Shown: positions 1 to 12,050 of the stretch, piece after piece
How the letters are laid out: each line of letters opens with the position of its first letter
How positions within the stretch are numbered: the stretch's first letter is position 1
Origin: Mobula hypostoma
Lineage: Eukaryota
Direction of reading: 5' to 3'
Assembly: GCF_963921235.1 (NCBI RefSeq)
Contig: NC_086097.1
Location: forward strand, 2,666,001 to 2,730,000
DNA: 64,000 bases
The notes under the pieces: generated by a model
Database searches by the model: none
Seen by the model: only the letters and a program-made list of their open reading frames with translations
Told to the model about the DNA's origin: nothing
Translations under genes and position numbers: made by a program

Positions 1-19
1 TTTTCTTCCTTCTCCCTTA

Positions 20-900
20 AATCCACTGGAGCCTCTCTAGTAAACCTACCTGCAAGAATATTTGTCCCCCTCCAGTTCAGATGTAAACTGCCCCACCGGA
101 ACAGGTCCCACCTTCCCTGGAAAACTGCCCAATTATCTATAAATCTGAAGCCCTCCCTCCTGCACCATGTCTTCAGCTACGTGTTGATCTGCGCTATCTT
201 ACTATTTCTAAATCCGCCTGCACGTGGCACTGGTAGCAATCCTGAGATTGCTATCCTGGAGGTTCTGTCCTTTACTTTGGCACCTAGCTCCCTAAACTCA
301 CCTTTCAGGACCTCCTCACTGTTCCTACCCACATCATTGGTCCCAACATGGACCACGACATCCGGCTGCTCACTCTCCCTCTTGAGAATACTGAGAACTC
401 GATCCGAGATATCGCGGACCTTGGCACCAGGGAGGCAACAGACCATCCGGGATTCTCAATCTCTTCCACAGAACCTCTCATCTGTCCCCCTAACTATCGA
501 ATCCCCTATCACTACTGCTCTCCTCTTTTCTCTCCTTCCCTTCTGAGCTGATGGTCCCGTCTCAGAGCCAGAGACGCAACCACTGCAATTTATCCCTGGT
601 AGGTCGTCCCCATCAACAGTATCCAAAATGATGTACTTATTGGTGGAACGGCCACAGGGGTGCTCTGCTCATTCTGTCTATTCCCCTTCCCTCTCCTGAC
701 AGTCACCTAGCTACCTGTCTCCTGACTTTTAGGGGTGACTATCTCCCTGTAACTCCTGTTTATTTCTGCTTCTGCCTCAGGAGTGATCTGAAGTTCATCC
801 AGCTCCAGTTCCAGTTCCCTAACTAGGTTTGTCAAGAGCTGCAGCTGGATGCACCTTTTACAGGTGTAGTCACATACTGCAAACGGAGCACTCAACTGCC
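20..900 (-). mobile_element. CR1 LINE ORF1 fragment (Cys-rich N-terminus plus SGNH esterase), decayed
   Basis: CKRCIQLQLL..VRELELELDEL; VIGDS; CLPGAKVRD; VVHVGTND. Homologous to the CR1 ORF1 at 27961-34820. Confidence 0.85.
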
Positions 901-939
901 CTAACTGTTGCCTCCATTACCTACTCCTAAGGTAATTAG

Positions 940-3720
940 ATTTATTAAAGGACTCATATTATGCCTGTCCAAATGTTCATAAATCCTGTGTCTCAGGATC
1001 TTCTCCATCAACTTATCAACTACTGAAGTAAGACTCACTGGTCCATAATTTCCTGGGCTATCTCTACTCCTTGTATAAAGGAACAACATCTGCGACCGTC
1101 CAATACTCCAGATCATTGCCAGAGGCTCAGCAATCTCCTCCCTCGCCTCCCACAGTAGCCAGGGGTACATCTCATCCCGTCCCGGAGACTTATCTAACTT
1201 GATGTCTTTCCAAAAGCTCCAGCTCATCCTCTTTCTTAACGTCTATATGCTCAAGCTTTTCAATCTGCTGCAAGTCATCCGTACCATCGCCAAGATCCTT
1301 TTCCATAGTGAATAATGAAGCAAAGAATTCATTAAGTATCTCCTCCGGTTCCATACACACTTTTCCACTGTCACACTTGATTGGTCCTTTTCTTTCACAT
1401 CTTATCCTCTTGCTCTTCACCTACCTGTAGAATGTCTTGACATTTTCTTTAATCCTGTTCACCAAGGCCTTCTCATGGCCCTTTCTGGCTCTCCCAATTT
1501 CATTCTTAAGCTCCTTCCTGCTAGCCTTATAATCTTCTAGATCTCTATCATTACCTAGTTTTTTCTGAATCTTTCGTAAGCTTTTCTTTTCTCCTTGACT
1601 AGATTTTCAATAGCCTTTGTACACCACGGTTCCTGTACCCTACCATCCTTTCCGTCTCACTGGAACGTACCTATGCAAAATGCCAGGCAAATATCTCCTG
1701 AACATCTGCCACATTTCTGCTGTACATTTCCCTGAGAACATCTGCTCCCAATTTATGCTTCCAAGTTCCTGCCTGATAGCTTCATATTTCCCCTTACTCC
1801 AATTAAACATTTTCCTAACTTGTCTGTTCCTGTCCCCCTCCAATACTATGGTAAAGGAGATAGAATTGTGATCACCATCTCCAAAATGCTCTCCCACTGA
1901 GAGATCTGACACCTGACCAGGTTCATTTCCCAATACCAGATCAGGTACAGCTGCTCCTCTTGTCCACTTATCTACATATTGTGTCAAGAAATCTTCCTGA
2001 ACACACCTAACAAACTCCACCCCATCTAAACCCCTTGCCCTAGGGAGTTGCCAATCAATACTTGGGAAATTAACATCACCCACCACGACAACCCTGTTAT
2101 TATTACACCTTTCCAGAATCCGTCTCCCTATCTGCTCCTTGATATCCCTGTTACTATTGGGTGGTCTATAAAAAACACCCAGTAGAGTTATTGACCCCTT
2201 CCTGTTTCTAACTTCCACCCAGAGACTCAATAGACAATCATTCCATGACTTCCTGTATTTCTGCAGCCGTGACACTATCTCTGATCAGCAGTGCCACGCC
2301 CCCACCTCTTTTGCCCACCCCCCACTTTCTAAAACATCTAAAACCTGGCACTCTAAGTAATCATTCCTGCCTCTGAGCCATCCAAGTCTCTGTAATAGCC
2401 ACAACATCATAGCTCAAAGTACTGATCCACGCTCTAAGCTCATCCGCTTTGTTCATGATGCTTTTTTCATTAAAGCAGACACATCTCAAACCATCGGTCT
2501 GACCGCATCCCTTCCCTATCACCTGCCTATCCTCCCTCTCGCACTGTCTACAAGCTTCCTCTATTTGTGAGCCAACCACCCCTTCCTTCCATCTCTTCAG
2601 TTAGGTTCCCACCCCCCCAGCGATTCTAATTTAAACTCTCTCTCCCCAACAGTCTTAGCAAAACTCCCTGCCAGGGTATTGGTCCCCCTCATATTCAAGT
2701 GCCAACTGTCCTTTTTGTACAGGTCACGCCTGCCCCAAAAGAGGTCCCAATGACCTAGAAATCTGAATACCTGCCTCCGCTCCAATCCCTCAGCCACGCA
2801 TTTATCCTCCACCTCACTCTATTCCTGTACCCATTATTGCGTAGCACAGGCAGTAATCAACTTTCTTCCTAACTAACCCTCTGTGGTCTGTTTTCAGGAC
2901 CTTCTCCCTTTTCCTACCTATGCCGTTGGTACCAATATGTACCATGACCTCTGGCTGTTCACTTTCCCACTTCAGGATGCGATCAGAAACATCCTGGACC
3001 CTGCACCTGGGAGGCAAACTACCATCCGTGTTCCTTTCCTGCATCCACAGAATCGCCTGTCTGACCCCCTAACTATAGAGTCCCCTATCACTACTGCCTT
3101 CTTCCTTTCCCTGCCCTTCTGAGCCACAGGGCCAGACTCTGTGCCAGAGGCACTGTGGCTTCCCCTCAGGGAGGCCGCCCCCTCCCCCCTCTCAACAGTA
3201 CTCAAGCAGGGGTACTTATTGTTAAGGGGGTCAGCCAGAGGGATACTCTCTAGTATCTGACTCTTGCCCTTCTCTCTCCTGTTACCCACTTATTTGTCTC
3301 CTGAGGCCCGATGAGGCCTATAGCTTCTCTCTTATCACCTCCTCACTTTCTCTGACCAGACGAAGGTCATCCAGCTGCATCTCCAGTTCCTTAATGCGGT
3401 CCCTAAGGAGCTGCAGCTTGACACACCTGGCACAGATGTGGCCATCCGGGAGGCTGGGAGTCTCCCGGACACCCCACATCTGACACCTAGTACAGAACAC
3501 CAGCCTCACAGACATACTTCCAGTTCTATTCTTCACAGGTAACTTACCTCGCTTCGACCCATTTATTGCCTAAGCCCTGTTGAGCCAAAGCCCTCCTACT
3601 CTGTCTCCCTATACTCTGTTGCCTGCTCTATAATGCTGTCTCCTTTTAAACTCTTCCCGTTGGTCTAACTTGCTGACATCCACATGCTTGCACAGTTGTG
3701 CCTCGATCAAACTGCTAAAG
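940..3720 (-). mobile_element. CR1 LINE 5' portion (ORF1, APE endonuclease, start of RT), frameshifted
   Basis: ORF fragments VVIGDSIVRG, VHIGTN, VAITETW, GVFYRPPNS, VVGDVNFP, DKSPGRD, NYGPVSLTSVV. Confidence 0.9.
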
Positions 3721-3744
3721 AAAAAATACTGACCTTCCAGATAC

Positions 3745-5641
3745 AGGTTAATTTTTACTACAATCAAGTAAGCACCTTGACTGCATGGTGATCTCCATTT
3801 AAAACCAGTTGGCTGCACCAGTGATAATTGGGTGTGTCATATTAAAGGGGATGATTACTTGTGCAATCAATTATTTTGTGTTTTATATTTGCAATTAGAT
3901 CACTTTGTAGAGATCTGTTTTCACTTTGACCCTCAAGTCTTTTTCTGATCAGTACCAAAAAAAGCCAAATTAAATCCACTGTGATTCAACACTGTACAGG
4001 TTTCCCCCGCCATCCGAAGGTAGAGCATTCCTATGAAACGGTTCGTAAGCCGGAATGTCGTAAAGTGAAGCAGCAATTACCATTTACTTATATGGGAAAA
4101 ATTTGTGAGCATTCACAGACCGAAAAGTAACCTACCAAATCATGCCAAATAACACATAAAACCTAAAATAACAGTAACATATAGTAAAAGCAGGAATGAT
4201 ATGATAAGTACACAGCCTATATAAAGTAGAAATACTTTTCTACAATCATTGCCTCACTGTTCTTCGTAGCGAAAATCTCACGCAAGCGCTCTCGGCAGAA
4301 ACACTCTCTCCAGTAACCTTTAAAGCTATGAAGCTGCCAAATCATACCAAATAATGCATAAAAATACACAGCCTATCTAAAGTAGAAATAATGTATGTAC
4401 AGTGTAGTATCACTTACCGGAATCGGGAAGACAGCGCCGAACACACTGATGATGGTGTGTTAGGCTGAGTCGTCGGAGGGTGGGGTGGTGCAGTGGATCA
4501 CAACCTCCAGGCCGCCGATCGATACCGATCCACGAAGCATGCAGGGGTACAGCAGTGGCTGGGACGCACCCGGCACATCATTAAGAAAAAAGCCGAAATA
4601 AACAAGCTAGTTAATTAGGTGCCGCCCAGCAATTGCCTCTGATCTGGGCCGATAAATACGTGCCGGGCAGCACCTAATTAATTAGCTTGTTTATTTCAGC
4701 TTTTTTTTCTTAATGATGTGCTGGATGTGTCCTGGCTACCGCTGCATTCTCCGCGGCAATGTATCGGTCCGCGGCCCGGGGGTTGGGATGGTGGGACACT
4801 GGGGTGTCATCTCATCGACGTCTATCTCCATCAGGGCAGGCAGGTCATTTTCTTCTGAGTCTGCTGCCTCGATATCGAAGGTCGAGGTTTGTCGTCTGCT
4901 GTGGCTGATGTGGAAGGCTTGAAAAACGACAGTATGCTTGACTGCTTAGCCTCGCGCATTTTTCTATCATACAGTTCTTTGTAAGCACTCGAACTATCCT
5001 GCAAATATGCCCTAAACCTATGTACCCTTTCAAAATTAAAGTGGTACTTTTCTGCAATCATCGAAGCAAAAATCTTACGCAGTTGCTTCACATTCAGTTC
5101 CTGGACGACTTCACTTTCGGTCTGTTCGCTACTGCATTCGGTTTCAATTGTTATCCTTTCCTCTTCCAATTGCATCAGCTCTTCATTTATCAGTTCTTGG
5201 TCATGGGATGCCAAAACCTCTTCAATATCATCTTCGTCAACTTCCACAAGCCAAGCTCAGTTTGTCCTTACTTCCTTCACCACGATCGAAACGCTTAATT
5301 ATGCCTAGTTTTACGCTATGTGTAACACCCTTACGAGCTCTTTTAGGCTTTTCCGATACCTTAGAAATCATCTTGCTAACGGCTGCTCACAGGCACGTGT
5401 TTAAGCAATGCCGGCTAGAATGCAGTTCCGGGGAGGAGCTTGGCTGCTCGGGGCGCGCGCTGCCTTTTTTCATAACAGTGAAAACACCTTCTGTTAGTGA
5501 AAACAGGTAACTAATGTAGGTTTTTCGTAACAGCGAGGTTTCGTAAAGCGAATGTTCGAAAAGTGGGGGACACCTGTAAAACAATAAAACATGAAAACTT
5601 CTGGGGTGGGGGGAGGTGATGAATATTTTTTATAGGCACTG
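3745..5641. mobile_element. Tc1-like terminal inverted repeat remnant, split by a Tigger insertion
   Basis: Removing 3997-5578 rejoins aatccactgtgattcaacactgta-aaacaataaaacatgaaaac...gaatattttttataggcactg-TA, a typical Tc1 end. Confidence 0.7.
3997..5576 (-). mobile_element. Tigger-like (pogo group) DNA transposon, internally deleted
   Basis: TA duplication at 3995-96 and 5577-78. Imperfect TIRs CAGGTTTCCCCCGCCATCCGAA / CAGGTGTCCCCCACTTTTCGAA. ORF 4831-5247 resembles a Tigger transposase acidic C-terminus (DIEEVLASH..EELMQLEEE..YKELY..KQSSILSFFKP). Confidence 0.85.
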
Positions 5642-5644
5642 TAT

Positions 5645-6377
5645 ACAAGCAAAACATTGGGTGAAGAATGTTCTCAGTTTCCCTGCATGGAAAGTATGAC
5701 ACTTGCTTTCACAGACAATAATTTGGAAGAGTACTGCTTATAGTCACTGAAGAAGGATTTTCAGAATCGACTCAAGGATTTGAAACAATATAGAAATTCT
5801 GAATTGGGCAGGTAACCTATTTCTTTGCAAGGTGAAGCTTGCAAAAATAAATTATTGGAATTCAGAATGATAAAGAAGCAAAAAATGCTTCTCAAAAATA
5901 TTGGCTTTTGTGGTATTTGGCTACCATGACATACAAAGTTTCCTGGTCTTTGGAGAAGAGCCAAACTGCTCATCGTTGTATTTCCATCCTGCTACCTTGT
6001 TGAAAGAAGTTTTAGTGCAGTGAACCACAAACTCACAAAAACCGCTTGGACATTTTTTACACGTGGAGATGCAGAGCTTTTGCTGTCAAAACTTGAACCA
6101 GATATTTCAACTCTTACTAAAAGCCATCAAGCTCAAATATCACTTTGATATTGAAGCTGCTGTAAAGTGCGCAGGTACTGTGTAAGTTCGGTTTAAAGAC
6201 AAGTAAAAATTTAAAGCAGAATAATTTTTCTCATGTTAGCATACGGTAGATACTGTGCCTAAGAGGGGTGCTGGCAAGGTTGAAGATCCTTTAGGAGCGA
6301 GTTGGCAAATATGAAACTGGTTTGGGTGTGGGGGGGGAGGGGAGTGTTGGGCTAAAAGAAAAGGTTGGGAAACACTG
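5645..6377 (+). mobile_element. hAT Charlie/Buster-like transposon 3' remnant
   Basis: Translates FPGLWRRAKLLIVVFPSCYLVERSFSAV...LDIFTRGD..LLLSKLEPDI (hAT dimerisation region). Ends aggttgggaaacactg followed by gtctag, a Charlie-type target. Confidence 0.75.
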
Positions 6378-6680
6378 GTCTAGGACAAGAGACACACCCT
6401 CAGGATAGAGGGACATCTAATTAAAACAGAGATGAGATGGAATTTCTTTAGTCAGAGAGTAGTGAATCTGTGAATTTATTGTCACAGATGGTTGTGGAAA
6501 TCAAGTCATCGGGCATATTTAAAGCAGAAGCTGATAAGTTTTTGATTAGCCTGGATGTCAAAGGTTATGGGGAGAAGGCTAGATAATGAGATTGAGAGAC
6601 ATAATAATTGGCCATGATGGAATGGCGGAGCAGACTTGATGGACTGAACGGCCTAATTCTACTCCTATGTCTTATGTTCC
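6378..6680 (+). mobile_element. CR1 3' end fragment
   Basis: ttctttagtcagagagtagtgaatct and terminal ggcctaattctactcctatgtcttatg, shared with other CR1 3' ends here. Confidence 0.75.
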
Positions 6681-6970
6681 ATTACATCCACATCCGATAG
6701 AATGGAAAGTCTGTGCAGTCCTCGGTGTGCAGGACTAATGGAGTTGTACTATACTGTACCAACACACATTAATGATACTTAACATGATCTCGTTGTTGGT
6801 GATCTGCCAGGTATACCGGTGGTTGTGAGTCTGATGTTGAGTGACTGAGAGCACTGATTGCTTTTCAGCATCTCAGTACCGTTTCCCCCTCCCCCATTCT
6901 GCTCCAATGTCTTATGTTCTTATGGTGTTAAACCTGAGCAAAATTAAGAGACAAAATGAAATCAACCTAC

Positions 6971-7131
6971 AGCATCATTAAGAACCTCACTGTTAGTCGG
7001 AAGGATGTGATCTATGCGAATATGAGGCAGAACTGGAGACAAAATCTCTTTTAGTTCTTCTATGTCCAGATCACGTCGTTTTACACCTCTTTTGTTGACA
7101 CTGTGTGCAGTTCCACTCAGCAGGTTCGGCT
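6971..7131 (-). CDS. BTBD7: BTBD7 exon (EPNLLSGTAHSVNKRGVKRRDLD...NSEVLNDA)
   Basis: Matches BTBD7. Acceptor tttcag, donor GCT|GTAGGT. 161 nt, phase 1-0. The next exon was not found in the window. Confidence 0.96.
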
Positions 7132-7339
7132 CTGAAACAAAACACAAACTAATACAAAATCATGCAACATTATGCTCTTGGATGAGCAGAGTGAGAAAGC
7201 CTTACATTTACATAACTGTTTCTTTTATATCAGAGTAAAGATGTCCTGAGACACATTCAGGTAGCATTGTCAGGTATCGAGTCAATAAAGGAAGCTTTAA
7301 GACAAGTGACCAAAAGCCCTTTCAAAGAGATTGGTTTTT

Positions 7340-7840
7340 AAGATTCAAGATTGTTTAATGTCACCTCCAGCACACAAGTGTAAAGGAGAACAAAATACTT
7401 GTTACCCCAGATCAGATGCAGCACAAAAAAGACAATAAGGTAAAGAATACAATAAAAAAACACAATAAATATAAATACATAAGATAGCTTATATACACAG
7501 ATTGATTGTATGTCCATAAAGTGATGCTAGGGAGAGGAGCGTCTGTATGTAAGTGGACTGACACTAAACGACACAGTAATGGCGGAGGGGTGGGTTAATG
7601 GGTAGAGGTGTTGATCAGCCTTACTGCTCGGGGAAAGGAACTGTTTTCGCATCTGGTGGTCCTGGTGTGGATGCTACGTAACCTCCTCTCTGTTGGCAGT
7701 GGGACTGACAGTAATGAGTAGGATGGGTGGGGTGCTTCCTTATGTTATTGTACCTTTCTGTATACATGCCTTTGATGATGAATAGGCTGGTGCCAGTGAT
7801 GTGCTGGGCAGTGTTAACTACCTGCTGTAGAGTCCTCATT
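7340..7840 (-). mobile_element. Rex1/Babar-like LINE 3' fragment
   Basis: LQQVVNTAQHITG..HPTHP motif and short-repeat tail (tcttgaa). Confidence 0.7.
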
Positions 7841-7887
7841 GGTGGAGTGACTAAGGCTATTGTCATACTGATGAGCCAAGATACAGA

Positions 7888-8285
7888 TACATGAACGTCG
7901 ATTTCTCGAGCTTCTAGTAATGGCCTTCTCCATTTCCCATTCCCCCTTTCCCTCTCATCTTATCCCTTTGCCTGCCCATCACCTCCCTCTGGTGCTCCTC
8001 CCCCCCACCCCCCCTTTCTTCCATGCCATTCTGTCCTCTCCTATCAGACAGCCCCTCTCCAGCCCTGTACCTCTTTCAGCAATCAACTTCCCAGCTCTTT
8101 ACTTCATCCCTCCCCCTCCCGGTTTCACCTGTCACCTGTTCCTCTGTCCCCTCCCCCAACCTTTTAACTCTGCTCATCTTTGTCTCTCCAGTCCTGCCAA
8201 AGGGTCTCGGCCCGAAACGCTGACTGTACTCTTTTCCATAGATGCTGCCTGGCCTGCTGAGTTCCTCTAGCATTGTGTGTGTGCA
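7888..8285 (+). mobile_element. Penelope-like element 3' end and pseudo-LTR with decayed hammerhead (8189-8226)
   Basis: atgaacgtcgatttctc (MNVDFS, ORF end), pyrimidine-rich tract, then cagtc-ctgccaa-agggtctcggccc-gaaac-gct-gactg. Confidence 0.75.
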
Positions 8286-9177
8286 CTGCCAGGCTCACCA
8301 TCTTTATTCTTTTCTCTCTTCTTTACTCTTAGCCACTGGACCTCAACTTCTTCCTATTTCTAATTCTCTTTGTTCTATTAACACTTAATAAAACGATTGT
8401 GAAGCAACGAGTTCTGTGCCTCTTCACTTCTGAAAGAAGCTTGGATCAAAAGCATCAGAATCCAACAATTGTCATTCAGTAAGTTTACGGATGACCTTGT
8501 ACCACGCTGCCACCTTTCCGCACGAACATCACAACCTTACTGTAAGTAAAACAGCCTGCTCCGTCACTGGTCTGTGAGCATACTGATTTAGAAAGCCATC
8601 TCCAAACGCTCATACTCTGCACTACTGCTAGTTGTGTGCTCAATAAGTTCAATGTGGTAGCTTCAATCCAAATTATACAAATTACAAATGTGCTGATTAA
8701 AAATAAACTCCATAAAAAATTCTTATAGGATTTGTCAGGTCTGTATAAGTGCATCAAGGATGTGAGATTCATATTAGGAAAATCCTTATATAAATACCAT
8801 CTCAAAACAAGAGCTACATGTTGGTAGAGATGAAAATTTGCATCAAAAGGTATTGTAGGATGTTGTGAATAAAACATGCAAGATTCGTTTTATGTGCTTA
8901 ACAAAAGCTCTAGCTCTTTACTTACATTACAAACTAAAAGCATGTCAGACACCACCTCTTAAAGTGAACACAACAACTCAATGGTGGTGTTTGTGAATTA
9001 TATAGAACAGTTTCTATTATGAACAATGTGTCATCTGTCAATCATTACCCTACAGTATGAAATAAAACAGCAACATTCATTTTCAATTCGGTTACTTCAG
9101 GAGGTCTGTTGTAACCTGTGTTGAACCAGAGACCACAATTTAAAAAGTAGTGTAACATTTAACTAGGAATTCCTCAC

Positions 9178-9253
9178 CTCTCTCTGCCATCTGTTTAATG
9201 AGCTGATGTTCTCCCCACTTGTTCATGTATTTCAGGATATCTTGCTCACTAGC
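9178..9253 (-). CDS. BTBD7: BTBD7 exon (ASEQDILKYMNKWGEHQLIKQMAER-E)
   Basis: Absent from the ORF track. Manual translation matches BTBD7 ASEQDILKYLIKWGEHQLMKRIADRE. Acceptor tttaag, donor G|GTGAG. 76 nt, phase 0-1. Confidence 0.95.
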
Positions 9254-9865
9254 CTTAAATAAATAAATTGTTAATTTATTTAGCGAAGGGTAAAAAAAAA
9301 TGAAAATGAAATTGATATTGTTTTGAAGATTTAAACTATATCAACTATTGTTTAAGTTAACCCTTTCCTTCCCATCTAAAGCATGCATTAACAAAAAAAA
9401 AGAATCAATTAATATTACCATTTCCTTCACCCCAATTACCTTGTTCAGAATCTCAGTCCTGGATTTTTGCTTGCTGGATGCATAATCAGACGATATGTTT
9501 ACTTTGGACATTTATATAATCGTCTGTTTCTATGGATTATGAAGCACAAATATCAACCAATTTGTGCACAAACTGCATAAAAAAGAATGGTATTTACACT
9601 GACCACACACATTCAATGAGCTTAAGTTCTACTTTCTCCTCCAAGGATGGACAATTTTTAAAAAATAAAATAGGAAACTAGAGAACAAATAAGGTAGTTA
9701 GCCAGCACCACCTTGGCAAGAAAATGAATCTCTGGGTGGAATATGGTGATATATATGTAATTTGATAATAAATTTACATTGAACTTTGAGCTATATGTTA
9801 TATTTCAACTCCTGACCCAAAAATTTGTCAGAGAATGTAAAGACAAACTATCAGAATTAATTCTT

Positions 9866-9996
9866 AAACATGAGAAATTCTGCAGATGTTGGAAATCCAG
9901 AGCAACCCACACAAAATGCTGGATGAACTCAGGTCAGGCATCATCTGAAATGAATAAACACTCAATGTGTTGGGCCGAGGCCCTGCATCAGGACTC
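9866..9996 (-). mobile_element. Penelope-like pLTR fragment
   Basis: Reverse strand gagtc-ctgatgc-agggcctcggccc...ccagcattttgtgtggg...ccaacatctgcag. Confidence 0.7.
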
Positions 9997-10224
9997 AATT
10001 CATTAATTGAAACAAATTATTCTTTCTCTGCCGTGTTCCAATCTAGAATCCTTCCCCACTGAAAAGTATCTGCTTATGATTTTACAGTCTGAATGAATCC
10101 TTCCATAAAGAACCATTCCAAACAAGCTTGTGTTAATCTCATGAAACTGCACATATATTAAAAAAAATTAGGATTCTAATATTTGATATTGAAATTTTCA
10201 GGAAGCATATTCAAATTTCTTTGA

Positions 10225-10350
10225 GCACAGGTGAGCACATTCTACAGACATCCTAATAAAGGGTCTCAGCCCAAAACATCGACTGTTTATTCATTTCGAT
10301 AGATGCTATCTGACCTGCTGAGTTCCTCCAGCATTTTGCGTGCAAGTTGC
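10225..10350 (+). mobile_element. Penelope-like pLTR fragment with 14 bp TSD
   Basis: TSD tcaaatttctttga at 10211-10224 and 10351-10364. Contains ctaataa-agggtctcagccc-aaaac-atc-gactg. Confidence 0.75.
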
Positions 10351-10830
10351 TCAAATTTCTTTGAAATAATTCACCATTTAAGCTGCTTAAGCAATTTTTC
10401 ACTTAAAATATTACAAGTGCTTTGAATATCACCTGCACTTGAAGACATCTTCCCTCTGTTAAATGTGGGACAATGATAAGTAGAGATATTCCTGAAAATA
10501 TCATTAATTTATTAACGTTTGCTCAAGATGAGATGCATCAATTCTAGCAAGCAAAATTCAGCTCCACATTTGACAGAGACGTGGGATCTGACTGTTTAAT
10601 TCTTAGATTAAACTGTTCAATTGTAATTTTCTTTGCCGTTTAACAATTAATTATCTGTTTGTATTTTATGCAAGTTTAATCTGCCTCTAGTGGCGATACA
10701 AAGTATAATTCCAGAAAGCTCTGGAAACATTTTTCTGCATTAAGATAGTAAGTGCTTTCTCACTGGTTAACTTGGTACTGCAGTATTTGAATGAGTACTT
10801 TCTAATTAGTTGTCCCTCATCTACAGATGT

Positions 10831-11067
10831 TGGGCAAGTGGCCAAGTGGTTAAGGTGTTCGTCTAGTGATCTGAAGGTCGCTAGTTCGAGCCTCAGCTGT
10901 GGCAGCGTGTTTGTGTCCTTGAGCAAGGCACTTAACCACACATTGCTCTAGTGTCTGTGTGAGGAGTGGCGCCCCACACAGACTTCCAATCTGCAGCTTG
11001 TAAGGCATGAAAATGCCCGACGCAGGCCTCTCATGGTCTGAGTCAACGTTCTCTCCCTTCCCTCCCT
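10831..11067 (+). mobile_element. Full-length tRNA-derived CORE-type SINE
   Basis: A box TGGCCAAGTGG, B box GTTCGAGCC, CORE-like tgtgtccttgagcaaggcacttaacc. 12 bp TSD atctacagatgt (10819-30 / 11068-79). Confidence 0.85.
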
Positions 11068-11440
11068 ATCTACAGATGTGAATGGAATTTTTCTTATCAC
11101 GGCAGTATAAAAATAGCTGTTTTTTACTAGGTGCCATCTGTCTGTTTCAATTTCTCTTTGTTCTATCAACTCTTAATAAAACAAACACGAAGCAACAGGT
11201 TATGTGCCTCTTTCCTGGCTGCTAAAAGAACCTTGGATCAAAACATCAAGAACTAAATTTTCTACTTTCTATACCACCATTTCTATACCCAAAGTTGTAA
11301 ATTTATTTTCAGATTTCATGAATTTGTTACACTTTTTCTACTCCATTAGCTCTGTACAACTATCTTTGCTGAATTATGACTCCACTGAAAAACCAGATTA
11401 TCTCAGCTTGTGTCAAAATACAGTAAATGAAAACTAATAC

Positions 11441-11649
11441 CTGCAAATAGTCTGACTGAAGTACGGCAGACAAGTAGTCCATGCTGAGCTCAAAGAACAC
11501 ATCAGAGATCATGACTGAAGTGAATTCCTCACACAGAAAATTAATTGCCTGTCGGTAAACCCATTTAGAGCCGTAAGGCTGCGAACTCCAGCTCAGAATG
11601 GAAATCAGCGTGTCGAGGGAGATGCTCTCCGCCACAATATCTTCACATC
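11441..11649 (-). CDS. BTBD7: BTBD7 exon (BACK domain region)
   Basis: GCEDIVAESISLDTLISILSWSSQPYGSKWVYRQAINFLCEEF...QSDYLQ. Acceptor tttgcag, donor CAG|GTATTA. 209 nt, phase 1-0. Confidence 0.96.
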
Positions 11650-12050
11650 CTGCAAATATTTATGTTTTCATATGTATTTAGAGCTACACAGAGCACCAGA
11701 CTCAAAAACAGTTACTTTCCCCAAGTAGTAACCTCACCCATTAACCCACCCCTCCACAACCCCAACCACCACCACTCTATCATCTCCTGTCAGAGCCACC
11801 TTATGTCGTCACTCCTGCACCCAGCTTCACTTTATGGGCATACAATTAATCCATGTACAGTACTGTGCAAAGGTCCTGGACACATATATTACTATAACTA
11901 GAGTGTCCAAGGCTTTTGCACAGTATTATAGAAATTTTATGTATTGCACTGTACTGTTGCAGACAAAAAAAAAATCATGATTTATGTGAGTGATGATAAA
12001 CCTGATTCCGATATGGGTCTCTGTTGTGGACTGAGAGTGGGAAGGGGGCA

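Noticed and set aside
5700..6150. Next BTBD7 exon
   Set aside because: It translates on the plus strand as a hAT transposase tail; no MKRGLISTPPSD-like sequence was found in 1-6970.
6700..6870. Intronic C/D snoRNA
   Set aside because: No proper RUGAUGA box C paired with a terminal stem.
8485..8877. 130 aa minus-strand ORF as a novel gene or exon
   Set aside because: No recognisable domain or BTBD7 similarity, and the flanking BTBD7 exons already join in phase.
10831..10905. tRNA gene
   Set aside because: The A/B boxes run into a CORE domain and tail bounded by a TSD, so this is a SINE head.
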